A stretch of 63,834 nt of DNA, counting the filler, from Basidiobolus ranarum (taxonomy: Eukaryota), in the NCBI GenBank assembly GCA_040143965.1. It is 6 parts of 6 records of this genome, joined end to end, with 100 filler letters (N's around TTAATTAATTAA, not from the genome) between each part and the next. Parts side by side here need not be neighbours in the genome. Positions count along the whole stretch, not along the records: positions 42,671 to 53,214 come from JASJQH010000696.1; positions 53,315 to 63,834 come from JASJQH010000697.1; 4 more parts are not named here. One strand, written 5' to 3'. Positions 52,580 through 63,834 of the stretch are shown here, piece by piece. How positions within the stretch are numbered: position 1 is the stretch's first letter; the number at the start of each line of letters is the position of its first letter. Below the pieces are notes generated by a model. The model saw only the letters and a list, made by a program, of their open reading frames with translations, was not told where the DNA came from and searched no databases. Made by a program: the position numbers and the translations under genes.

Positions 52580-53214
52580 GTAGTTGCTAGAAGATGGGAA
52601 AATGCGATGATCAATCTCAATAGCGACTACGGTCAATCCGACAATCGAATATATACTCTTCATTTTTCAAGAAATTTACCTCCCTTCCATTTGGCGCTAC
52701 TAAAAACGGAATGTCGTGAAGGTTATGCTCCAATGAAGGGATATGTCGAAATCCACTTGTTTCTTTTAGGAATCAATAGTCGCATCCCTCTTGTCACGAA
52801 TCAACATAATCAAACTGGTTTCCTAGTCTGTACGGATAGAACACTTTTGACTCGCTCATGCTCATAGCCACAGATGGTGTGAGATGATTCGTTGAAATGG
52901 AATTACTAATTGTAAACATATTGCTCAACACGAATAATATTGCTTGCGTGCCACCCGAATTTCCGGCTAACTGTTTTTACAAAACCCCAAGTGCTATAAT
53001 ATGCCATCATGAGTTTCCGAATGACAGTAATAATCACTACTAGTAGCTGGTGCCCCATCCAAAGATTTATGGTTGGTATGAGTGGGGACAATCCTAGCCA
53101 CATTCTACAGTCGTTTTCAGATTTGACCAGATTACCGCATTATTATCTATTACTTATTGCCCTCATAATAAGGATTTGAACTCTAATAACTCTAATGCAA
53201 TATTGCATTATATG

Positions 53215-53314
53215 NNNNNNNNNNNNNNNNNNNNNNNNNNNNNNNNNNNNNNNNNNNNTTAATTAATTAANNNNNNNNNNNNNNNNNNNNNNNNNNNNNN
53301 NNNNNNNNNNNNNN
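53215..53314. other. Artificial contig linker
   Basis: N44-TTAATTAATTAA-N44. Confidence 0.97.
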
Positions 53315-53425
53315 CTAAGTAAATTCCGATTGAGAATAATTGATAATATCTTAGTGAATTACAAGATAACTAAGTACTAAGCTATATATGACTATATAGG
53401 TGTTTAGGCAATGCTAATTTCAACA
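53315..53425 (-). mobile_element. Copia LTR family A, partial (contig start)
   Basis: Reverse complement of the LTR-A 5' end, ending TTTCAACA. Confidence 0.9.
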
Positions 53426-54429
53426 ATTTCAACAGTGACTAGTGGAAAAGTTATCAAGAAAAAATATATCATTTACATCAGTACTATATCAGTATTATCA
53501 TGAGAGTATGCCCTAGTTAGGTTTTACATATATATGATATGTGAGATTTGCTCATTGAAATAGCAATTGAGTAAATTTGCACAAAATGGGTTGTGGTAAT
53601 GATAAAAGGATATTCATCGCGCTTTCTTGAGTTGTCACAATAGCAATTATTACCACTAGCCCTGGATATAGTGAGCAATATATCAGCTTATATAATAGCA
53701 AAATGTATATCAGTTTATTAGTTTTACTCCACCAACTCCATAGAGTTTGTTAGCCAAACATAACACTGACACACTCCCGTAGAAAAACTTGCAATTGTTG
53801 AGTCCTCCTTTTACTAATTTGGCTCATTTGACCAGTTTTAAGCATATATTGAATAGTGGCCCAGAATCACTCATTACCAAGTCAACGTTTGCGGCAGGAG
53901 AGAAGTACAGTCCTCATGGTGAGTATTTGGAATCAATGGGAAGATCATAAGATTGAAACTAAGAAGAACTGATACACAGTTGAGAATAAACATTTATATT
54001 AGACTTACGAGCAACATCGTTAATGAATCCTTAGAGTAACAAAGAATGTAGTGAGCTACAGTCCAGTTTGACAATATGATTGTTTCACAATAAAGACTAT
54101 TATTCTATTGCCTTTCAAAGTCGATTTCAACTAGACTAACCATGCTACATGAATTTTTAGTCAGTTTATTCTACTATTTAAGCAATCTTCGAATATATAT
54201 GACAAGTTTCCTTCATTGAGAGAGACCGTGCTATTAGTTCTTCGTTCAGATATGGACAACATTGTTACAATTACCTGCAGCATAAGTAAAAAAAAATTCA
54301 ATTTGGTTGCAGAGCATCATCTGTTAGATCGTTTTGGTGATTAGGTTGCGAATTTAATATGCACAATGACTTATTATGAACCATGTTCAAGCTTACCAGT
54401 GGCATGCGTACTAGTGATTATGATATATA

Positions 54430-54744
54430 TGTTAAAGTATTTTGGGAGCCTGTTGGAAGTGATTTGGAGAAATAGAGAAATTGGTGGTTTTAACTTATTG
54501 ATTTATTGAGTATTCGGTTGACATCTATGGTTTTGTCTAGATGTAAGCAAACTAACGTGTAGAATGTGTTAAGGAAGGTCCCAGGAACATGTGTGAAAAG
54601 TTTGTGGCTTCTAGCACAAGTTATCCAAATCTATATATCTGAGAACTTCTAAGTAAATTCCGCCTTAGAATAATGGGTAATATCTTAGTTCAATATAGGA
54701 TAACTAAATACTAAGCTAGTATTTAGGCAATGCTAATTTCAACA
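54430..54744 (-). mobile_element. Solo LTR, family A, with perfect 5-bp TSD ATATA
   Basis: TGTTAAAG...TTTCAACA, flanked by ATATA at 54425-54429 and 54745-54749. Confidence 0.92.
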
Positions 54745-57460
54745 ATATATACTCTCTTTGCCTCTACTTACACGTACTATTACCCTCTGAGCATAATTTT
54801 GTCAGCCTAAACAAGCAGCTAAGAAATATTTCTACGATACTAACTCTGGCCCTGACATGTATCTACATTTTCATATTTGTTCACTTTCAAAATTGAGTTC
54901 GTGGTATATCATTTGCAACAATGCTTGCTACCGTGCTCCTTGATCCCTTCAAATTTATTATGTATATTTAAAACCAAGATATAAACTATATACACGAGTT
55001 TCAGGGTTCTATAAACTAGACTGCAGAATTATTAATAGTCTTCGGGCTGGTTAACAATCTTCAACTTGACAGCCAGCAATATATGTAAAGTCACTCTATG
55101 AGAATGCTCGACTTGTTATTATCGTTTTGATCCTACATATCCTATACATTCTTCGAGAATGGCAACAATAGAGATAGAATCAAGCATGATTGAATTTGTT
55201 GATCACAAATCAGTACCTCATGTACCAGGTTTTGAAAGTTGAAACTGCAAATAAAAGCAGATTATAACTACTCCGCTATTCACAATGAATAGAGTTGATT
55301 TCATATTTGCTATGCGGAAGTATACCCTATTCATGTCTGGTTAGTACACTATATTAATTTAAATATTCACAACATATATGGAGTACACCATTGAGTTATA
55401 TCGATCAATAATGATGACACTCAAAGAAGTGCTGCAATTGAAATTCTACATAGGCTAGAAGACTGTGTATAGAACCATTTTCAAGTGCTGCTCTTAACCA
55501 AGCGACTATAGGAATTTACAATGACTCACTTAATAGCAGGAATAGTTACTTCTCAACGCCCACCAAAATTTCTATTGTCACCCAAGCAAATAAGTCCACC
55601 CAACAATATGAAACTGGTATAGGCACTGACACTGAGAAGCATTCATCAATACCTAGAACAGCTTTAGAGTGACCCTCAACACCATCAAATCACTTTGATC
55701 ATATTCATTTGTGGTAAATCCCCTCGTTTCAACACATACTATTTGAAAAGCTCAGCAAACATATTTCTATGCATAGTAAGCAGGTTCTGTCGTATTGCAA
55801 TGCAGCTAATGATCAATACCAGTTTAGGTAGTCACACCATGCTCAATCGCAGCACTCTATAGACATGATGTTTCATAAGTTGTAAGAGAAGTGTGAACGT
55901 AATATTGAATACCCCTTGCATGTCACTGGAAATCTAACCTTGAGATGGGCAATTGAGAAACCCAAGTGGAATGCTTCCTATGCTATACGTATCTTCATTG
56001 ACGGTTAATAGTAAGGCCTGAGCTAAATTTAATTTCATGACCATATTCATACTGCCTAGAAATAGAGTGGTTCGTCATGCTACCAATTAGCACTAAAAAG
56101 TAAGAACACGGTCAATCGCTGAATTTCTCGCTTATGTACACTCCTTATCTTTTAACATTTTCCCACCTTGTTTCACAGTACCATGTCATTAAAATTTGAC
56201 AACCTTGTCATGCGACTATTGGAAATCAAGATTCCTAATGGATTCAAATCCCTTGCTATACCTTTTGCTTTCCATGACTGCCCCATTTACTGAGTTGGAA
56301 GAAATAACCAAACTGCCGCTTCAGCCTTAGAGGGCTGGGATCCACAGGTGATCCCAAGAATTTCATACTCCAGTTTTGGGACGCTCATCAGAGTCCCTTT
56401 CAAACTATTTCAGTGCAAATATACTCTTCTTGTGGAAAGACCGCAAATGACGGCTGGACTTGTTGGTATCTGATCACCCTAACGAACCCGTCGTACTGAT
56501 TTGTGTTGAAACCAACTTAACCAGCCTATAGTTTACCATTCGCTATGTAGTGCGTTTGCTTTATCCAGATTGTAGAAAACGAACCACATGGATCATGCAT
56601 TCGGTATGAGATCTGAACATTCTAAGATTCAAGAGTCCAGCCCGGTTCAAGGGTTATGGTTCGTCTGGTCATCTTTGAGATAAGCTGGGTATTGACTTCT
56701 TTTTCTTTACCCATTTAATGGTCTGTGGTAATTTTATTGGATTTGATTCGGTTCACACCAACATTGATGCTTTTAACAGGGGGTCTGTATGGCATTTGAC
56801 TGGATACTGATGATGACATGTGGCTACACGTTGAATATACTAAAGCCGTCTGAAAAAGCTCGCCATATACCCTGAATACTTCAAGATGGCACTGTAACGT
56901 GAGAGACATCTTCAATGTATGATTTGGAATAAAGTTGGATGGATTTGTAATCAACGAGTACTGATTGGTCAAATCCTTGTTTCCTGATTAGCCAGCATGT
57001 GCCATAATCCATGCTATTTACTGACCCCAGGGGAGGAAATTCAGGTTGAAAACATAGGATTTGTTGTATCTCTATGTCGAAAGTGCGTCTATTTTGGGAA
57101 GCAAATCGAGATATTCAAGATTTTGAGTAGGACCAAAGTGAGGGACACTGCCATAAACCACTTACAATGCATTCTAAGTAGTTTTACACATAATTGAATC
57201 CATTTCTCGGGTTTGTAATCGAAATCTAGACCCATTTAAGAGATGAGATAGATCTGAATTTACAATCAAACAGCCAATTTGTCCTGCGCAAGAAAGGTGG
57301 TTTTATGCTCTCAAATGCAAATCATGCATGATCCTGTTCGCTAATTATATTAGTTTACTTTCTTATTCTACTCTTGCTCTTCTCATTCTTTCCCTCTCCT
57401 TAACCCCTGCCCTGCTCTTGACTGAAAAGCCCTCAACAACTGACTAAATGTTTTCACCCT

Positions 57461-57772
57461 CGTCGATGAAACCAACCTCAAGATTACTGACATGATTACA
57501 AATGAACTGTATGGCAGTGCAAGCATGATGCCTAACTCAGCTCCACCAAGTCCTTCTCTCTTCCTTATTTGCCTTAATTGTGTGCACTCATGTGATAAAG
57601 GCAACCATGCAGCCGATGAAATAAAGTCAGGTATCATGATGACGGTTAGAGCACAGGTGGGGCTTGATTTAGTTGTAGATGAGTTGATGTGAACGGGATT
57701 GGGATTGTATCATGGTCAGAACGAAGCTGAGTTGGTGATTCAGTCACTTCCATTGCTAAATTAAGTGTTCTC
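57461..57772 (-). repeat. Copy 1 of an inverted ~310-bp element with conserved hairpin core (57524-57638); candidate ncRNA / miRNA-like precursor
   Basis: The reverse complement aligns with 60278-60586. The core forms a 26-bp stem, with G-U pairs only in this orientation. Confidence 0.6.
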
Positions 57773-58864
57773 AGTTAAATCACGTTCAGTCTGTTGTAGG
57801 TTAAAATCCTTTTCTGTTTGGCTAAACGGAGTAATGATACACGGTACAGTGATGTGAGAAATTACCAAGCAACTATCTCTGACAGTAATCTACACCCGAT
57901 ACAATGGTAAAAACTGGCTTTGAGGTGCTGTAATATTGGGATTATTACCTGACCCTATATGCTCTCCTTTGCTTACTGAATCAGCTCATGGAAGGGAGCC
58001 CAATAGAGTGCTGATTCGGTGGATGCTTGACTTTACTTTCAGATCAAAGTTAGATGATTAAAGGTGCTGCTTGCTCCTCGAATCCTGAGATGCGTTCTCG
58101 TGATGCATTTCAGGACATGTTAGTTGTATTTGGTAAGGATGCTTAATGATTCTCGTTGATTAGCAATCAATCATGTACCATATTTATTATGAAGCGTAAG
58201 CCAATCTTGTCACTCACTTTCCTAATTGATCTCAACTCAAATAAAGGTTTCATTGAGCTTGACGAATTCAATGAAGATTAATAAATCTTGCTTCCACATG
58301 GAATTCATGGACCTCGGTCTTTCTTCAATTGGAAACGCATGTTTCTACAATAAATGGGATTATTAATTTAGTTGCACGATGCTTGTGGTTGCTCCCATTG
58401 CGATATGTCAACCATGCAAGGAATTGCTCACTGCGATCCAAGTCGAACATCACAGTACGACATGCTTCACTTGGTCAGCATAATACAAAGACATGTCAAA
58501 CTTCAGTGCTTCCAGGTTCCAAGAATCTTGTTGATGTTGACATCCTCTGAGATCAATCCATTTCAAATCTACCCTCATGGTAAATTTTAGGAGTTTAAAT
58601 GATCCGTTGATTTAAAATGTGTCCATGATTAAATATACTCAGTATATTTACAATACCAACTCTATTTCTGAAATGGTATGAGGCACTTGGTATAAATACT
58701 CCAGTGAAATCGAAGAAGTTTTCAACTTTTTCTTTTCATTCGTCTGTTCATTTGGTTCGGTACCACTTTAAACTCGAGAATACTCTCTCCTTCGCAATTG
58801 AAAACTCCAATCTTCAAGCCTCTATTTCTCTCTCTCACCGATAGTTTTCTTTGCCAATTCAACT

Positions 58865-59449
58865 ATGGTCGAGGTAGCTACTTTTAGTAACGTACTTGAA
58901 GGCATAGTAAACTTATCTAACCTTTCTTTCAACCTTTTTCGGTAGAAATTGCTAGCTGCTTCGTCTAACGAACATTCGATTTTCTCAGTTGGCCATTCCA
59001 GCTGCAATGCGTTCGATTATTCAACCGACTCAAAGATCGAGGACAATATATTCTTTCGCACCCTTGCTAGTGACTGTCACCTATGCGTCACCGATCGTTT
59101 AGGTAAGGTGCAAGAGTTCTATGTGGAGAAGCAAAGGTTGATGGATTCCAGTCAGCTATTTCAGTGTTTGTTCAGTCAAAAATGCTCCATCTCATCTAGT
59201 GTTACCATCAATGATATTGAAAAGAACCTCACATCAACTTGCTGTAGCAATAGATTAACTCAACTACGTATCCAAATCCCAAGCGTAGATACATTCGAAG
59301 GGATATTGAAATGGATCTATACCAAGGATGATAACGAATGGCTAGCTCAAATTGATGAAGAGAACTTCGATGCTACACTTGCAAACATTGTCTTTTTGCA
59401 TCTAGGCCCCGAGGCCTACAGTGTATGCACACAAGTGTTCACGGTCTAA
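58865..59449 (+). CDS. Small BTB/POZ-domain protein (intron 58874-58945)
   Basis: ATG GTC GAG, then a GT...CTAAC...TAG intron, then KLLAASS. SDCHLCV...QEFYVEKQRLMDSSQLFQCLF...DTFEGILKWIYT fits the BTB pattern. Confidence 0.75.
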
Positions 59450-60277
59450 GACTTTTACACCATAGCTCTTCTTCCCAATTCACTGGAGAGAAGGACGATG
59501 GAACAAGGCCAATGAAACATATTTTCTGCTTTTATTGCTTCGCATTGAACCTAGTCCAATTCAACGCATATTTAAATATCACTCCCACTCCACTTTCGAT
59601 TTTCCACACTGTTGAGCTTCTTGTACACTTTATTTGATTTTAGCCACTGTATACTTCAAAAAGAGCAACTTCTTCACTCTTCCATCAGATTACTTGTTAG
59701 TCACTGCTTAGAAAGGAACCCTTTAGATGGTGGTTTCCTTTCAGTTTGATAGGACCATCCTAGCCAGTTATACGTACTTCCCTTTGACCTAATGGGAAAT
59801 CACTATCATGAGTAGATAAAGCACCAAACTAGATCATCTGTATATAAGTTGAAGATTGGATCGATTAGTCTTTTTTAGTGGAGGGTGACTTACGCTCTCA
59901 TGTTGCGAATTGGCTAATTTACAAGTGATTTCCTATCAAGGAATCTAGATCAATGACGGCTATCGTCTTGAGTTGGCCAACACAATACTGGTTAAATAGT
60001 GAGCTTGTTGCCGGAAATGGAGAAAGGCATCGATTTTAAATAACCCTACTGGCATTCCACATTTGGTAAGTGTATGTTGCGGATCTTTCCAGTCTAATTT
60101 CCATATCACTTGAGCCACGAATCTTCTAGAGTCAAACCTAGTACTAATCAGTCATTTGCTGATTGAACTCTCCTCCAGCTGAATGGCATAATATTTTCCG
60201 ATATTTTCCCGCTTCGCCCGGTGAGGTAGAAAGAGCCTAAGAACCTTCCAAAGGGCGAATTTTCAACCATTCATTTA

Positions 60278-60586
60278 AGAATACTAAATTAGGGAATGGA
60301 AGTGATTGGATTGCCGCCTCAACTTTAGTTCCTACCACGCCATCCCATCAATTCATCTGCACTAAAATCATCAACTAAATTAAACCTTGCCCGTGCCCTA
60401 ATCCTTGTCATGATACCTGGCTTTATTTCATCGGCTGCATGGTTACCTTTATCACATGAGTGCACACAATTAAAGCAAATAAGGAAGAGAGAAGGACTTG
60501 GTGGAGCTGAGTTAGGCATCATGCTTGCACTGCCATATAGTTCATTTGTAATCATGTCAGCAATCTTAAGCTTGGTTTCATCAACG
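60278..60586 (+). repeat. Copy 2 of the inverted ~310-bp element; hairpin core 60409-60523
   Basis: Only 3 differences from copy 1 in the 115-nt core; flanks far more diverged and contain indels. Confidence 0.6.
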
Positions 60587-63007
60587 AAGATAAGTGGATC
60601 TACTTGTTGTCAGGGTGCATTATGCAGGTTCGCCTCAGTTGTGTAGGATCAGGTCAGTTATGTTGAGTCGAGAGAAGCTAGATAAGAAAGGTGTAGAGAG
60701 ATTGGTACTGAGCCGTTCTAGGAATTCCGTACAAAGTAGATCATAACATAGGGAATGTCTCGTCGCTTACTATAATGGCGTTCAAATTCAAGATGCCGAC
60801 CATTGCGGAGTTGAAGTGAATGAAAATTGGCAAGTCCATATGGCTTTAAGCCACCTCCCGTATCGATGCAGCCCAAAGGAATATCTCCACACTACCAAGC
60901 ATCATATTGTAAAGTGTCAGGATCGGTCAAGCATATCTTCCCAACCTCAGAGTAGAGTCATCATGACCTCATGTACGAATTACGCGAGTAAACCATAATA
61001 TAGTAGCCATCACCCAGGTCTCAATTTTCAATCTTGAAAGCGATCCATTAAGTATAGATCAGATCGAAGTTGAACAGTATGATTGTTTTGGAAGAGCCCC
61101 ATCCGTTTCAAAGATACACTACCCGCGCTAACTCTCAAAAGCGCCCTTCTAAACCAAATTCCCTCTTCAATAAGCCTGTCTTACAAATTGCCATCATGAC
61201 ACACTGCTCCACTTGATCAATCCGCATGGAAACTATAGGACTCTGCGATTCAAAGCCCTATTTCAAAGACAAGGTTAATTTCGGTTTAATCTAATTTGCA
61301 ATGGGGAAGAGTCCGATGTTGTCCATGCATCTCCATCAATATAATATATGGGATCTCGAGTGATGTGAGGCCAAATCTAATCCCAACTTTGAATCCAAAG
61401 TTGGATTGTTCTAAACCTGATTCTGTAGTGGAAGCAGTCTACTCCCATAATTTAATGATGGAATTTAAAAGTCAATATTGCAAGTAATGATCTCTCAATT
61501 CTGAAGTCCGATTGCAGTCATCATCATTACTTGGTATTCATCAAATGATCATGTTCCCAGAATAGTAAATGCTTGTGGGGCTTCAATCAGTGGACAGGAA
61601 ACCAACGCAGGATTTTGGGAGTTTAACTTGAATTCTCTATTAGACTTGGTTTTATTCTGGGAATAGTAGGCTCGCTTTTACCATGTTCACAAAGCAGCCC
61701 AGTTACCATAACGTGTACAAAGTTTGACATCATGCTCGTTAGGTTGCACCAATGTCGGAACCAGATTGAAAAAGTAAGGTTGACTATAGGTAAATACCTA
61801 AATGGAGTATGATATAAGCAGTGCCATGTATCATTCTATATCTATCTAAAAGCATGTACACCAATTATCTGAGCATCTATGGTTCTCAAAACGAGAGTCA
61901 TGGTGTACTTACACATGTGTCTTTTCAACTCAATGTTAAAATAATGCAAAACAATGAAGCATGATAGGCACTTGCATCGTGGCTAATTTGATAGTTCATT
62001 TGACTTTTATCTTCCGAACCAAATGAACAGGGTTATGGATTGGTGCATGTAATACTTCGTTTGCGGTTTAAGTCAAATTCAAAATGAGAATCAACAACTA
62101 CTGCTTTGTAAACAATACAGAGGTCAATGCTTTTACATTGAACATTGTTCTCTACATAAACTCAAATCCTAGAGTATCTCTGGGACCTATACCAAAGTTA
62201 CTGTTCATTACAACAGCCAGTAAACAACCAACAATCCTGCTTTTGCTAACTATCGATGAATTGAGAACCAAGTAGAACACTGAAGGGTAAAATCACTTAT
62301 TAGAGTGCCCAAAGTGCGTTGCCAGTATTATCTGCCTTCAGTACTTCCAGTCAGCCGGGTAATTAGATTAAGGCGATGGATCACAAGCTGAGTTAATATG
62401 TCCTCATCCAGAATGGAGAAATCTTCGATATATTTGAAGCACTCTAAATCATCTGAAAGGCTGTTTGGTTTGCACTTTGCTATTCTATGTTTCTCTGAAA
62501 CCTATTCTTACATAGGATATGTATTATCAGGGTAAGTACAGGAGCCAAAATAGATTTCTGCCTAGTATTGACTTGAAACGAATTAACCATCCTAATACTC
62601 AGGTGAATGAATGTGTGAGAGTAAATACTAGGAGCCATACTGATATTTCACCATTATCTTGCCAACTCAGCACCTTCCATTCACAGTAATGAATTGGTAA
62701 ATAAGGTGCTGTAGATATTCATAACCTATAAATCTAGATACACTCATAAAACAATTCAGATCAATATACTGTTGACCGTACTTGCATATGATAATTCAAA
62801 GTATAAGAGCTGCGCATATGTCCTATTATCAAGTTTATTCAATGTATGAATCGCGTGATACATTGAAGAAAAATAATATCATGATTACTCAAGGCAAGAG
62901 CGAATAATTTCATAATTAACATCCATTGAAGAGTGCTCTGGAAATCCAAAGCTATAAAGTCATACACAAACTGATATTCAATATATAGAACTTTTTAACT
63001 CAACCAG

Positions 63008-63834
63008 TTAACCAGATATAGCTTTGATAATAGTATCCGCTAACCTTCGATGAGCCGTGGTGGATAGATGCAGTAAGTCCCAAAAAACCTTCTCTTGGGG
63101 ATTCTCGCATATTTCCGGAACTACATTACGAGAAATAAAGTCTCGAATACAGGAAATTGAAGCCTCCACATAATTAGAGCTAGCCAGCTGCTTTTCCAAG
63201 AATCCGTTCATATCAAATATCTTTGCGTTTACTTGAGTGCCATAGCGGATAAGCTTGTTCAACACTTGATTATGTTTCAGTCGACCGTTGTGTGCTTGCT
63301 TCATGATTGTTGCATTCACATTCATATTGTATGCTAGATGATCAAGTGCAATATTCGCATACAGAAAGTTCTCTCCCAAGAATGGAGGGTCTGATAGTAC
63401 TTTTGAGGTTTCATAAATATTGGTGGCTACTGATTCTGGTGTAGTAGTGGGTCCTCCAAAAGTATAGTCGTTCCCAGATGCCATGATGATATACATAATT
63501 GATCCGGCAAGTAAATCATTGGCATTACTGGTGATGAATTTTCTATGCATCTCGATTTGGTCAGCTATGCTAGGAATTAAGATATCCATATCGAAGCCAC
63601 TGTATCCCTGAATGACCTTGTTGTTAACTAGACTAAATGTTAGTCCTTTTGAGTTTTATCAACTGTGTTCAGGATATGGATGCACTTGCCTGTTGCTCCT
63701 CCATAAGCATAATTCAACACTTTCCATTGAGTGAGCTCCTGAATATATTCAGGCCACAAGGGGCCATTGGAGAAGCGACCATTGTAGTAATAGGAGGGAG
63801 GATAGGTTTTATTGCTGAGCCTATATGAATTTCC
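63008..63834 (-). CDS. GDSL/SGNH lipase-acetylesterase (CE16-like), 5' end beyond window; GC-AG intron 63628-63689
   Basis: GNSYRLSNKTYPPSYYYNGRFSNGPLWPEYI...NYAYGGAT, block III GNDY and block V FWDLLHLSTTAH. Confidence 0.9.

Noticed and set aside
57383-57692. ORFs on both strands of the duplicated element (MIPDFISSAAW..., MITNELYGS...)
   Set aside because: No recognisable family, C-termini differ completely between copies, and conservation is centred on the hairpin. Not called as CDS, though a small peptide cannot be excluded.
59712-59742. GAAAGGAACC...GGTTTCCTTTC hairpin downstream of the BTB gene
   Set aside because: Single short low-complexity stem with no other support.
60496-60512. 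TGG TGG AGC TGA G resembling an antizyme +1 frameshift site
   Set aside because: No ATG-initiated ORF1 in that frame, and the +1 frame is short with no antizyme motifs.

Overview
Eukaryotic, AT-rich, intron-rich fungal DNA. Gene style and content suggest an early-diverging fungus such as Basidiobolus or a relative; this is inference, not shown by the sequence. The window is not one locus. It is six unlinked contigs of about 10.5 kb (10577, 10571, 10567, 10555, 10544 and 10520 bp, in descending length) joined by 100-nt N/TTAATTAATTAA/N linkers. Contig 1: copia 3' end with tandem LTRs, Pelota/Dom34, a tail-anchored coiled-coil protein with a dynein-adaptor-like CC1 box, PSD2, and the 3' part of WBP11. 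Contig 2: a nest of decayed, CpG-depleted Ty1/copia and Ty3/gypsy elements. Contig 3: a solo LTR, a divergent pair of paralogous C2H2 zinc-finger genes, and an ORF with an RGG tail behind a stop codon. Contig 4: ATP12, syntaxin-8, a TPR/LRR pseudogene, an NPC2/ML protein, PPP4R2 and TE debris. Contig 5: a Gfo/Idh/MocA oxidoreductase, a probable LPMO/CBM pseudogene, an intronless cystathionine beta-synthase with one in-frame TAG, and a type II NADH dehydrogenase. Contig 6: LTRs, a BTB gene flanked by two inverted copies of a ~310-bp element, and a GDSL esterase with a GC-AG intron. The element's 115-nt core folds into a strand-specific, pre-miRNA-like hairpin and is the most interesting unexplained signal.
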